The notes under the pieces: model-generated
Databases searched by the model: none
Told to the model about the DNA's origin: nothing
What the model saw: the letters and a program-made list of their open reading frames with translations, nothing else
Shown here: positions 55,523 through 64,000 of the stretch, one piece after another
Layout of the letters: each line of letters begins with the position of its first letter
How positions within the stretch are numbered: position 1 is the first letter of the stretch
Translations under genes and position numbers: made by a program
Source: Clostridiales bacterium
GTDB lineage: Bacteria > Bacillota > Clostridia > Lachnospirales > Lachnospiraceae
DNA length: 64,000 nucleotides
Direction of reading: 5' to 3'
NCBI GenBank assembly: GCA_012520655.1
Contig: JAAYNW010000032.1
Span: forward strand, 25,899 to 89,898

Positions 55523-57913
55523 CTATGTGGCTATCAACTCTCGGCAATCCACATATTTCTTAATATTAGACGCGTTTACATACTTCTTATATTCGTCTCC
55601 GTTTGTCACTACCAGCGTCGGAGCCTGCATAACGCCGTATCTGCCGGCGAGTTCCATATTTTCCTCCGCATCGATAAGAACATACTTCTCTTCTTTTAAA
55701 TATTCTTTTGCCAGTTTGCAATTCGGGCAGGTCTTAGTCGTAAAAAGATATTTTACGGCTTCCGGCTTCTCCACTTTTACGCTGACCTCTTTTTCATAGT
55801 TCGACAGCGTGACCATACGCGTCATCGGTTTCTTCAAAGAAGACTTCTCCACACAATATTCAGTCCTGTTTGCGTATTCCTGAAGCTTACCGTCATTCCA
55901 GTTCTGCACCGGCCTGTAATATCCCGTTATACGGCTATAAATCTCCGTCGTCTTTCCGCAGTGAGGACATACCTTCTGTTCTCCCGCAAGATATCCGTGC
56001 TCATTGCAGATAGAATAAGTAGGTGACATCGTGTAATAAGGAAGCTTGTAGTTATCAGCGATTGTTTTTACCAAATTAGCCGCCGCTTTCCAGTCCGGAA
56101 GTTTTTCTCCCAGAAAAGCGTGAAATACGGTACCGGAAGTATACAGCGTCTGCAAATCGTCTTGTATATCCAAAGCGTCGAAAATGTCTATCGTATAATC
56201 CACCGGCAGATGGGAGGAATTCGTATAGTAGGGCGTATCTCCCGGATTCCCTGCGGTCTTAATAGCCGGCCATCTCTTCTTGTCGTGCTTTGCCAGACGA
56301 TATGTAGTACTTTCTGCCGGAGTTGCCTCCAGATTATATAAATCCCCATACTTTTCCTGGTAATCGGAAAGTCGGTTTCTCATATGATTCAATACTTCTT
56401 TTGAAAATTCCTGGGTTCTCTTATCGCTCATATCCGCGCGAAGCCAATTCGCATTCAGTCCCACCTCATTCATGCCGATAAGGCCGATGGTAGAAAAATG
56501 GTTATCGAACCCGCCAAGATAGCGCTTAGTATACGGATATAGCCCTTCTTCCAGTAATCTGGAAATTACCCCTCTCTTTATCTTAAGAGATCTCGCCGCA
56601 ATATCCATCATCTTGTTGAGTCTCTTGTAAAAATCATCTTTGTTGGCGGAAAGATAAGCAATCCTAGGCATATTAATCGTTACTACACCCACACTTCCCG
56701 TACTCTCTCCCGAACCGAAAAATCCTCCCGTCTTCTTCCGAAGTTCCCGTAAATCCAAACGCAGACGGCAGCACATACTGCGCACATCGCTCGGCTCCAT
56801 ATCGGAATTAATGTAATTGGAAAAATACGGCGTTCCGTATTTAGCGGTCATTTCAAATAAAAGTCTGTTGTTCTCCGTGTCTGACCAATCGAAGTCACGG
56901 GTAATGGAATAGGTCGGTATCGGATACTGGAATCCTCTTCCATTGGCATCTCCTTCGATCATTGTCTCGATAAATGCCTTATTGATCATATCCATTTCTT
57001 TTTTACAGTCTTTATACTTGAAGTCCATTTCCTTGCCGCCTACGATTGCGGGCAGCTCTGCCAAGTCGTCAGGCACCGTCCAATCCAGCGTAATGTTGGA
57101 AAAAGGAGCCTGTGTTCCCCAACGGCTCGGTGTATTTACACCATAAATAAATGCCTCTATGCATTTCTTCACTTCCGAATATGTCAGCTTGTCCACCTTC
57201 ACAAACGGTGCCAGATATGTATCAAAGGAAGAAAATGCCTGTGCACCCGCCCATTCATTCTGCATAATTCCAAGGAAATTCACCATCTGGTTACACAGCA
57301 CGGAAAGATGCGCCGCCGGAGCGGAAGTAATCTTGCCGGTAATACCTCCGAGCCCCTCTTGGATAAGCTGTTTCAAGGACCATCCCGCACAATAACCGGT
57401 CAGCATCGATAAGTCATGGATATGGAGGTCCGCATTTCTATGAGCCTCCGCAATTTCCTCATCATATATCTCGGAAAGCCAGTAATTGGCCGTTACTGCA
57501 CCGGAATTGCTTAAAATAAGCCCGCCTACCGAATAGGTCACGGTAGAATTCTCCTTTACTCTCCAGTCTTCTATCTTCACGTAGCTGTTGACAACATCTT
57601 TATAATCGAGAATGGTAGATTTCATATTGCGCATTTTTTCTCTTTGCTTGCGGTAGAGAATAAATGCTTTGGCTGCCTCCGTATATCCCGTCTGCTCCAA
57701 TACTCTTTCCACGCTGTCTTGAATATCTTCTACATAAACTTTGTCTTCTTTCACTTTATTCTGAAACTCGGACGTAACGCGAAGCGCCAGCAGATCAATG
57801 ATATCATTGTTATACTGCATATCCGTAGCATTGAAAGCCTTCATAATAGCATCACTAATCTTTGTTAATGTAAAGTCTGCGATTTCCCCATCCCTTTTAA
57901 TTACTTGAAACAT
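55523..57913 (-). CDS. nrdD: Class III anaerobic ribonucleoside-triphosphate reductase: ATP-cone, catalytic domain and C-terminal glutaredoxin-like domain
   Basis: VIKRDG ATP-cone, HIHDL, SMCCRL finger loop, EATPAE, zinc ribbon, RITGYY glycyl-radical loop, then FTTKTCPNC...APTL. Confidence 0.93.
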   Translation of the reverse strand: MFQVIKRDGEIADFTLTKISDAIMKAFNATDMQYNNDIIDLLALRVTSEFQNKVKEDKVYVEDIQDSVERVLEQTGYTEAAKAFILYRKQREKMRNMKSTILDYKDVVNSYVKIEDWRVKENSTVTYSVGGLILSNSGAVTANYWLSEIYDEEIAEAHRNADLHIHDLSMLTGYCAGWSLKQLIQEGLGGITGKITSAPAAHLSVLCNQMVNFLGIMQNEWAGAQAFSSFDTYLAPFVKVDKLTYSEVKKCIEAFIYGVNTPSRWGTQAPFSNITLDWTVPDDLAELPAIVGGKEMDFKYKDCKKEMDMINKAFIETMIEGDANGRGFQYPIPTYSITRDFDWSDTENNRLLFEMTAKYGTPYFSNYINSDMEPSDVRSMCCRLRLDLRELRKKTGGFFGSGESTGSVGVVTINMPRIAYLSANKDDFYKRLNKMMDIAARSLKIKRGVISRLLEEGLYPYTKRYLGGFDNHFSTIGLIGMNEVGLNANWLRADMSDKRTQEFSKEVLNHMRNRLSDYQEKYGDLYNLEATPAESTTYRLAKHDKKRWPAIKTAGNPGDTPYYTNSSHLPVDYTIDIFDALDIQDDLQTLYTSGTVFHAFLGEKLPDWKAAANLVKTIADNYKLPYYTMSPTYSICNEHGYLAGEQKVCPHCGKTTEIYSRITGYYRPVQNWNDGKLQEYANRTEYCVEKSSLKKPMTRMVTLSNYEKEVSVKVEKPEAVKYLFTTKTCPNCKLAKEYLKEEKYVLIDAEENMELAGRYGVMQAPTLVVTNGDEYKKYVNASNIKKYVDCRELIAT

Positions 57914-57988
57914 CTCATTTCCTCCCTGCATACATTATTGAGCACTGCCAAAACAACACATGCGCTCCCCCATTTCCCCAACAAGTTC

Positions 57989-58102
57989 ACATAATATCTT
58001 GTAAATCCTGATTACAGAAATTGTAACATCTTACCACTAAAAAGTCAATAAAAAACACAAGATATTATGTTAACATCTCTTCGTTAACACAACATCTTGT
58101 GC
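57989..58102. promoter_or_regulatory. nrdD promoter flanked by three NrdR-box-like sites
   Basis: Minus-strand TTGACT (58043-58048), 17 nt, TACAAT (58020-58025). Boxes at 58055-58070 (ACACAAGATATTATGT) and 58087-58102 (ACACAACATCTTGTGC), 32 bp apart, plus 57989-58002. The pattern matches the NrdR consensus acaCwAtATaTwGtg. Confidence 0.8.
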
Positions 58103-58136
58103 CTCCCCTTTTGCAATCATCTAATCCACTTCTATT

Positions 58137-59189
58137 TTATCTCGTCTTTAAGAAGGTATATTCCCTCTTTGCAGTTTCATCATCCGGATATGTAGTCAAA
58201 TAGCTATCTAAGAGCACCGCTGCCTTTTTATATTCACCAAGATATTCATAAGTAACAATTTCATTGAATTTCAGCGTCTGCATCATATCATTGTTTTCAA
58301 TATTCATTCCCGCTTGAAAAGCCGCCAGCGCTTCTTCATATGCTCCCATCTCCATCTTGCACAGGCCGAGCTGGTTATAGACCTTCGCATTGGTCTGATC
58401 ATCCGCAATAAAGCTGTTATATACGCTTACCGCATAATTATTATCTCCCAATTCTTCATAGGTTTTCCCTAAAAGGAGCACCGCCTCATATCCTGCCGTC
58501 TTCCTCGCCTTTTCCAGATAATTCCTCGCGTTATCGTAGTCCTTCAAATAGTAATACATCCTCCCGCACTCATAATCGGTCATGGACTTCGAGCCGCTGT
58601 CGAGCGCTGCCTGCAAATATTCCTGACCTACTTCCTTATATCCGTTTTGTTCGAGCACAAGATAGATATCGATTAATTGTGTATAATCATCTTTGTCTAA
58701 CGAAATCGCCTTGTCGAAGTCGGCCTTCGCCTTTTCAAAATCTGTGCCGATTCTAAGGCACCCTCTCAAATAATAGGCCACTTTATCTTTGGGCAAAAGA
58801 GCAATAATAGAATCATAAGCCTGTATGCTCTTATTGATTTCCCCTAACTTATAATAGACGGTAGCGAGATAATAATTAATATCATAATCTACCGCATCCA
58901 CCTGTCCGTTACTGTTGCTAAGTGCCTTCTCAAAGGCGGCGGCTGCCTCGGTATACTGTGTAAGACCCATATATGCCAAACCTTGTCCTCTATATAACAG
59001 GCGCAAATCTTCGCCGTCTACCATCGCTTTTTCAAAGCACTGGAGCGCCTTATTATAATCCAACGCCTCCACTGCTGCCATTCCTTCATTGATATTGACA
59101 TTCTTGGATTTTTGTCCGCAACCAGCAAGCAGACAACACAAAACCGCCCCTAACAAGACTATTTTAATAAAATTCTTTTGTTTCTTCAT
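58137..59189 (-). CDS. TPR-repeat lipoprotein
   Basis: Start at ATG 59189; lipobox LLAGC; multiple TPR-like repeats (YRGQGLAYMGLTQYTEAAAAFEKAL and similar). Confidence 0.85.
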   Translation of the reverse strand: MKKQKNFIKIVLLGAVLCCLLAGCGQKSKNVNINEGMAAVEALDYNKALQCFEKAMVDGEDLRLLYRGQGLAYMGLTQYTEAAAAFEKALSNSNGQVDAVDYDINYYLATVYYKLGEINKSIQAYDSIIALLPKDKVAYYLRGCLRIGTDFEKAKADFDKAISLDKDDYTQLIDIYLVLEQNGYKEVGQEYLQAALDSGSKSMTDYECGRMYYYLKDYDNARNYLEKARKTAGYEAVLLLGKTYEELGDNNYAVSVYNSFIADDQTNAKVYNQLGLCKMEMGAYEEALAAFQAGMNIENNDMMQTLKFNEIVTYEYLGEYKKAAVLLDSYLTTYPDDETAKREYTFLKTR

Positions 59190-59319
59190 GATAGTTCCTC
59201 TTTCCTGCTTCTTCATATGCCGGAAAACGACAAAGTACTTTATTATACTACTATATTTTTCATCCTCATACAACCCTTTCAGCAGCTGTAAACATTTTTC
59301 CGGCAAATATCTCTATCCT

Positions 59320-59916
59320 TTATGACTCATAAGGCGATAATTCGAATCGGATGAAATACCCTCTGTCGTGATCGCACACCGGACAATTTTTCGGAGCTTC
59401 CTCACCTTCAAACAAATGGCCGCAGTTTAAACAGAACCATGCCGTTTTTACATCTGATACAAATAATTTTTTCTCCTCCAAAAGCTCTGCAAATCTTCCG
59501 AAACGGTCTCCATGTATTTTCTCTATTTCCGCAATCAAATGAAAAGAAGCGGCCACTTTGGCAAATCCTTCCTCTTTTGCTTTGTCTCCGAACGCCTTAT
59601 ATACCGAATCGTGTTCCTCATACTCATTATGCTGTGCCATACGTAAAAGCTGCGCCACATCGTCCGTAATATCTACAGGATAACTACCGTCTACATTAAT
59701 GCTTTCTCCGGTCAGCTCCTTTAAATGGTTGTAAAAAATCTCAGCATGCTCTTTTTCCTGATTTGCCGTATATTCAAAAACGGCGCTTATTACATAGAGA
59801 TTTTCTTTCTTTGCCTTGGATGCCGCAAATGTATAGCGGTTCCTCGCCTGACTTTCTCCTGCAAATGCTCTCATCAAATTATCCTTTGTTTCACTGTCTT
59901 TAAAATTTACTCCCAT
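59320..59916 (-). CDS. rbr: Rubrerythrin
   Basis: AFAGESQARNRY, QEKEHA, IEKIH and C-terminal CLNCG...CPVC. GGAGG SD before ATG 59916. Confidence 0.92.
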   Translation of the reverse strand: MGVNFKDSETKDNLMRAFAGESQARNRYTFAASKAKKENLYVISAVFEYTANQEKEHAEIFYNHLKELTGESINVDGSYPVDITDDVAQLLRMAQHNEYEEHDSVYKAFGDKAKEEGFAKVAASFHLIAEIEKIHGDRFGRFAELLEEKKLFVSDVKTAWFCLNCGHLFEGEEAPKNCPVCDHDRGYFIRFELSPYES

Positions 59917-60037
59917 AATGACCTCCATTATTTGATTTTCCGGCTACCTTTTGATAAGATCGCACTAAAAGTTCTGCTGTATAAAAACGGGCGGCAGGTT
60001 TATCCTACCGCCGCTTCTTTATTCATTATTTTCCGTT

Positions 60038-60880
60038 TTATAGAACTTTATTCACGAGTCTCATTTTTTTCCATTTCCTGAATTTCAGCCACAGCCACCG
60101 TCCCTGCATAATGTCCGCGCCTATCCAGGCGAATACTTCTCCGTAAAATACACCGTTTTCGCCAATAAGCAACGGTAAAATCAGTGCACAGCCGCACCGC
60201 ATAGCAAGCTGAACCACACCGGAAAACATAGGCAGCACCGGGGTGCCCATTCCCTGTACACAGGCACGTATTATATACAGCACATATAAGAGCGTAAAGA
60301 AACCTGACAATATCACGAGAAAATTGTATCCTACCTGTAGGGACTCATTTACATCTACAGCATCTCCTGCAATGAAAAGATGCAGCAACATTCGTCCGAA
60401 CACTAACATAACGGTTGACATAAGTAACGCTGTCCCAATTCTTATTACATTTGCCGCCCTCAGTCCTTGTTTAATTCTCTCAAAAAGTCCTGCGCCCATA
60501 TTCTGTCCTGTATAAGCGGACATTGCATACCCGTTGACTACTGATTGTACAATCAGTCCGCCGATTGCCGTTATCATGTTTTGGAGTCCCATCAGTATTC
60601 CCAACCTGCATTGCTCGAAAAGCATTTGTAAATCCGCTCCATAATCATTATTCTTAGATTTAAGTATTTCTATTTTATTTAATATGATAAAACAAAAAGC
60701 GGCCGCCAGAAGCTGCGCTAAGACCGTTCCAAAAGCTGCCCCTTTCACTCCCCACTCAAACCCGTATACAATCAAAACATCCAGAGCAATGTTACAAAGT
60801 GATGCTATCGTCATCGCACGAAGAGGCGCTCGGCTATTCCCGAGCGCCCGCAAAACGGCTGAAAATAAATAACAATTCCC
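60038..60880 (-). pseudogene. Truncated and internally deleted MATE efflux gene
   Basis: MATE motifs LRALGNSRAPL, GVKGAAFGT, GQNMGAG and VRACVQGMG-like IRACVQGMG are present. The N-terminal part is missing, and VVNGY joins directly to AMSAYTGQN. No SD or start codon is evident. Confidence 0.7.
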
Positions 60881-60939
60881 CCTATTGTGCGGTCTTATCG
60901 GCAAACCGATTATTCATTTTAATTTGCCGCTTACATTTC

Positions 60940-61800
60940 TTATTTACACTTTCTAATCGGAATCCATATTTCACTCAGATAGGAATCGCTGTTTGCATCT
61001 TCCTGTGAATACCATTCCAATTCCGGCGCATCCGCATGTTCGTAACCGGAATTAGGAAACCATTCCGTATAGATTCTCTTCCATACACTCTGTTGGGACT
61101 CGGGAAGTCTGCCGCGGCATTCGAACTTCACATATTCCTGATCCTCAATTATGAGCTCTTTCATTCCTTCCTTTACCGGTTCATCGGACTCAACAGCTAT
61201 CATGTAGTCAAACTCCTGTCCTCTCGGATTATAACATACTCCGTAAAGTTCAGGTTTTCCTTCCTTGCAGATCTTACACATTTTCTCAAGAGCCCCATCC
61301 TCACAGGCGTCGTTCCACATCTGCGGAATCATTTTAAAATTCTGCTCATCCACCGTAGTAAATGTTCTTACCAGTCCTACCAATCTGAATCCTTCTGCTT
61401 TTTCGATACGATACTTCATTTCACTCACTCCTTTAATTGTGAATTTAAAAGAAATTGTAGGATACAAAGTCAGGATAACGCCCTTTTCTCTCGCCTCTCT
61501 CGGCGTAATTCCATGAAGGTTCTGAAAAGCTCTCGCAAAAGAAACCGGAGAATCATAACCGTATTTCAATGCAATATCCAGTACGCTTTCTTCTCCCCTC
61601 TGAAAATCCAGCGCTGCAAGAGTAAGCCTTCTTCTGCGAATATATTCCGCCAATGGTACATCCGCAATAAATGAAAACATCCGCTGAAAATTATATGAAG
61701 AAGAGCATGCCAGCTTAGCAGCTTCCGCGTAGTCAATCTCTCCGGTCAGATTGTCTTCTATATAATTCAGCGCAGCATTCATTTTGGCCAACCATTCCAT
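60940..61800 (-). CDS. AraC family regulator with C-terminal GyrI-like effector domain
   Basis: YIEDNL..EID, FQRMFS, YGYDSPVSFARAFQNLHGITP; C-terminal WKRIYTEWFP..LEWY...SEIWIPI. Confidence 0.92.
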   Translation of the reverse strand: MEWLAKMNAALNYIEDNLTGEIDYAEAAKLACSSSYNFQRMFSFIADVPLAEYIRRRRLTLAALDFQRGEESVLDIALKYGYDSPVSFARAFQNLHGITPREAREKGVILTLYPTISFKFTIKGVSEMKYRIEKAEGFRLVGLVRTFTTVDEQNFKMIPQMWNDACEDGALEKMCKICKEGKPELYGVCYNPRGQEFDYMIAVESDEPVKEGMKELIIEDQEYVKFECRGRLPESQQSVWKRIYTEWFPNSGYEHADAPELEWYSQEDANSDSYLSEIWIPIRKCK

Positions 61801-61938
61801 TCTTCGTCCCTCATTCCTTTGTTCGTTGTTACATCACAATCTTAGGATATTTTTATTTTTTATTCGCAACTTTTTATGCCCAAAAAAATTTTTTTACTTT
61901 GTTCTGTATCTTCAAGCGCTTGCCCACATATTGACATT

Positions 61939-62304
61939 TTATATTATTTGATATCCTTCTTCACTCAAAGCATCCAGAGCTTTCTTAAGGTTGTCTTCCT
62001 TTACGAGTATATAATCGGTATTGTAAGTGGATATAGCGAAGATTCCAATCTTCGCATCTGCAAGGATGCCCGATATTTTAGCCAGAATACCGATTAATGA
62101 AAAGTCAAGGATGCCTTCTATGCGAAACGCCCTCCAGCCGTCATCTCTTTCCTCCGCATTCTGAGGCACAAGCTCCGTTTTGCAGACCAGTGACAGCTCC
62201 TCATCCGTTTTCCCCACAAAACAATAGTCATCCTCAAAATCCACGTCTTTTATGTCTTTTATTTTACACACACTGAACTGATTGCCAATTACTCTTATAT
62301 TCAC
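61939..62304 (-). CDS. ACT domain protein (ACT_7/CASTOR-like)
   Basis: TDEELSLVC, WRAFRIEGILDFSLIGILAKIS and IFAISTYNTDYILV. Confidence 0.88.
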   Translation of the reverse strand: MNIRVIGNQFSVCKIKDIKDVDFEDDYCFVGKTDEELSLVCKTELVPQNAEERDDGWRAFRIEGILDFSLIGILAKISGILADAKIGIFAISTYNTDYILVKEDNLKKALDALSEEGYQII

Positions 62305-62381
62305 TTTTTATCTTCTTAATACTATTCAAATTTAAAATCCTTGATTGCAGTTCTATAGAATATTAATACAAAATGTGAGTC

Positions 62382-63176
62382 TTATGCGAGTATCGCCTTA
62401 TCACTGGCAAATTCCTCCCCGGATACGAGTTCGAACTGGTGCAGCAAGTCAGCCACCGTAAGCTTCTTCTTCTCTTCTCCCGCGATATTCAGTATTACTC
62501 TTCCGTCATGCATCATTATCAATCGGTTGCCGTGAGCTATCGCATCTTTCATATTGTGAGTAACCATCAGTGCCGTCAAGTGATTCTCCTCGATGATCTG
62601 GTCTGTAACGCGAAGTACCTTTTCTGCGGTCTTCGGGTCCAAAGCTGCGGTATGTTCATCCAAAAGCAACAGATTCGGTTGCTGCAAAGTTGCCATGAGC
62701 AAAGTGAGCGCCTGACGCTGTCCGCCGGACAGCAAGCCAACCTTCGAAGTCATGCGGTCTTCCAGCCCCAGATCGAGAACTCTTAATAGCTCACGGTATT
62801 TTTCTTTTTCCTGTTTGGTAATTCCCCATCCGAGTTTTCTGCTTTTCCCCCGACGAGCCGCCAATGCCAGATTCTCCTCTATCTCCATGCTGGCGGCAGT
62901 CCCTGTCATTGGGTCCTGAAATACGCGGCCAAGAAAACCGGCTCTCTTATGCTCCGGTAAACCTGTAATATTCTGCCCATTCAGAAGAATCGCCCCTCGA
63001 TCTACAGGCCAGACTCCTGCAACCGCATTCAGCATAGTCGATTTTCCGGCGCCGTTTCCGCCGATAATTGTGCAGAAATCTCCTTTGTCCAGATGAAGAT
63101 CAACTCCGTTAAGCGCTGATTTTTCATTAATCGTACCGAGATTAAAGGTTTTATGAATATCTATAATGTTTAGCAT
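62382..63176 (-). CDS. ABC transporter ATP-binding protein (putative Trp/Tyr importer family)
   Basis: GGNGAGKS, VFQDP, LSGGQRQ, LLLDEHTAALDP and VTHN. Confidence 0.88.
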   Translation of the reverse strand: MLNIIDIHKTFNLGTINEKSALNGVDLHLDKGDFCTIIGGNGAGKSTMLNAVAGVWPVDRGAILLNGQNITGLPEHKRAGFLGRVFQDPMTGTAASMEIEENLALAARRGKSRKLGWGITKQEKEKYRELLRVLDLGLEDRMTSKVGLLSGGQRQALTLLMATLQQPNLLLLDEHTAALDPKTAEKVLRVTDQIIEENHLTALMVTHNMKDAIAHGNRLIMMHDGRVILNIAGEEKKKLTVADLLHQFELVSGEEFASDKAILA

Positions 63177-63179
63177 CTG

Positions 63180-64000
63180 TTATTCCTCCTTATCCTTTCT
63201 GGCTTCAAGTGCCGCCAAAGATGCTTTGGCGGTACGGCCAAAAGAATTCTTGCGTCTGCCCTGGATGTAAGGAACAGCCAGAAATGCGGCTACTATGATA
63301 GCGGTAAACAGCTTTAGGTCGTTGGAATTCAACTTTAACCAAAGCACGATACCGACAACAATATAGTAAATAATGCCACCCATAATGACAAACACAAGTC
63401 GAAGTGCAAAATTCATGTGTTTTCTTAAAATGGCTTCGCCCAATACCTCACCGATGATAACCGCTGCCAGACCGATAACAATTGCGCCGCGTCCCATATT
63501 AATATCCGAAAAGCCTTGATATTGCGCCATCAAACCGCCTGCAAGCCCTACAAGACCGTTTGACAGTGATAAGGCCAGAACCTTCGTAAAATTAATATTG
63601 ATTCCGTTTGCCTTGCTCATGGAAGGATTGCATCCGGTAGCGCGTATGGAGCTGCCCTGCTCAGTACCGAAATACCAATACAAAAGAGAAATTAATGCAA
63701 GGGCAAACAATCCTGCTATCAAAATCGATTTGGGTATATTCATTAAAGAAACAAGCAGATTGTACTTCTGAGAACTTAATGCCATATTTGCAGCCATGCC
63801 CATAATATGCAGGTTGACAGAATACAATGCAATCTGCGTCAAAATCCCCGAAAGAATCGGTGGAATACCTAGCGCAGTATGCAATAAGCCGGTGACCAGA
63901 CCCGCTAAAAGGCCGGCAAATATTGCAACTAATAAAGCCGCCGGAATCGGAACTCCGGCAAGAGTAAGCATCACGGTAACGGCACAGCCGGTTGCAAAGG
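63180..64000 (-). CDS. ABC transporter permease (partial; 5' end beyond the window)
   Basis: The frame stays open to the window edge (FATGCAVTVML...); ILSGILT, G..IRATG and MGRGAIVIGLAAVIIGE motifs. Confidence 0.85.
   Translation of the reverse strand, partial: FATGCAVTVMLTLAGVPIPAALLVAIFAGLLAGLVTGLLHTALGIPPILSGILTQIALYSVNLHIMGMAANMALSSQKYNLLVSLMNIPKSILIAGLFALALISLLYWYFGTEQGSSIRATGCNPSMSKANGININFTKVLALSLSNGLVGLAGGLMAQYQGFSDINMGRGAIVIGLAAVIIGEVLGEAILRKHMNFALRLVFVIMGGIIYYIVVGIVLWLKLNSNDLKLFTAIIVAAFLAVPYIQGRRKNSFGRTAKASLAALEARKDKEE

Overview
A 64-kb, mostly housekeeping chromosomal segment from a spore-forming clostridial firmicute. Gene content and protein style look Lachnospiraceae-like (inference). 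Genes are strongly biased to the minus strand. The window contains: a Cys T-box-controlled cysE-cysS-mrnC operon; hflX, an Eis-like GNAT and ispF; an AT-rich sporulation-type islet (about 6.1-10.4 kb) next to tRNA-Met/tRNA-Val; argS, queH and carAB; an orphan GtrII-like glycosyltransferase; purL; a 756-aa protein with a degenerate cNMP-binding domain; a maltodextrin locus (malQ, binding protein, two permeases, GH13 lipoprotein, LacI regulator); tRNA-Trp and lspA; a heterodimeric ABC exporter; gntR-clpC-hyp-radA; purE-M-N-D; pyrE and pyrF; a class III ribonucleotide reductase with a fused glutaredoxin-like domain, followed by a degenerate Nudix gene; rubrerythrin; a broken MATE gene; an AraC regulator; and a partial ABC importer. 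I saw no CRISPR array, integrase, transposase, prophage gene or rRNA. The most notable signals are regulatory or at residue level: an NrdR-box-like operator, 13 bp identical to one at nrdD, filling the carAB promoter spacer; the NrdD-glutaredoxin fusion with a pseudo-Nudix neighbour; a YtrA-type GntR, rather than CtsR, coupled to clpC; several unannotated small ORFs with sporulation-sigma-like promoters; and a Glu-to-Gly change at a CysRS zinc-ligand position. All family assignments come from motif recognition by eye; no database searches were run.
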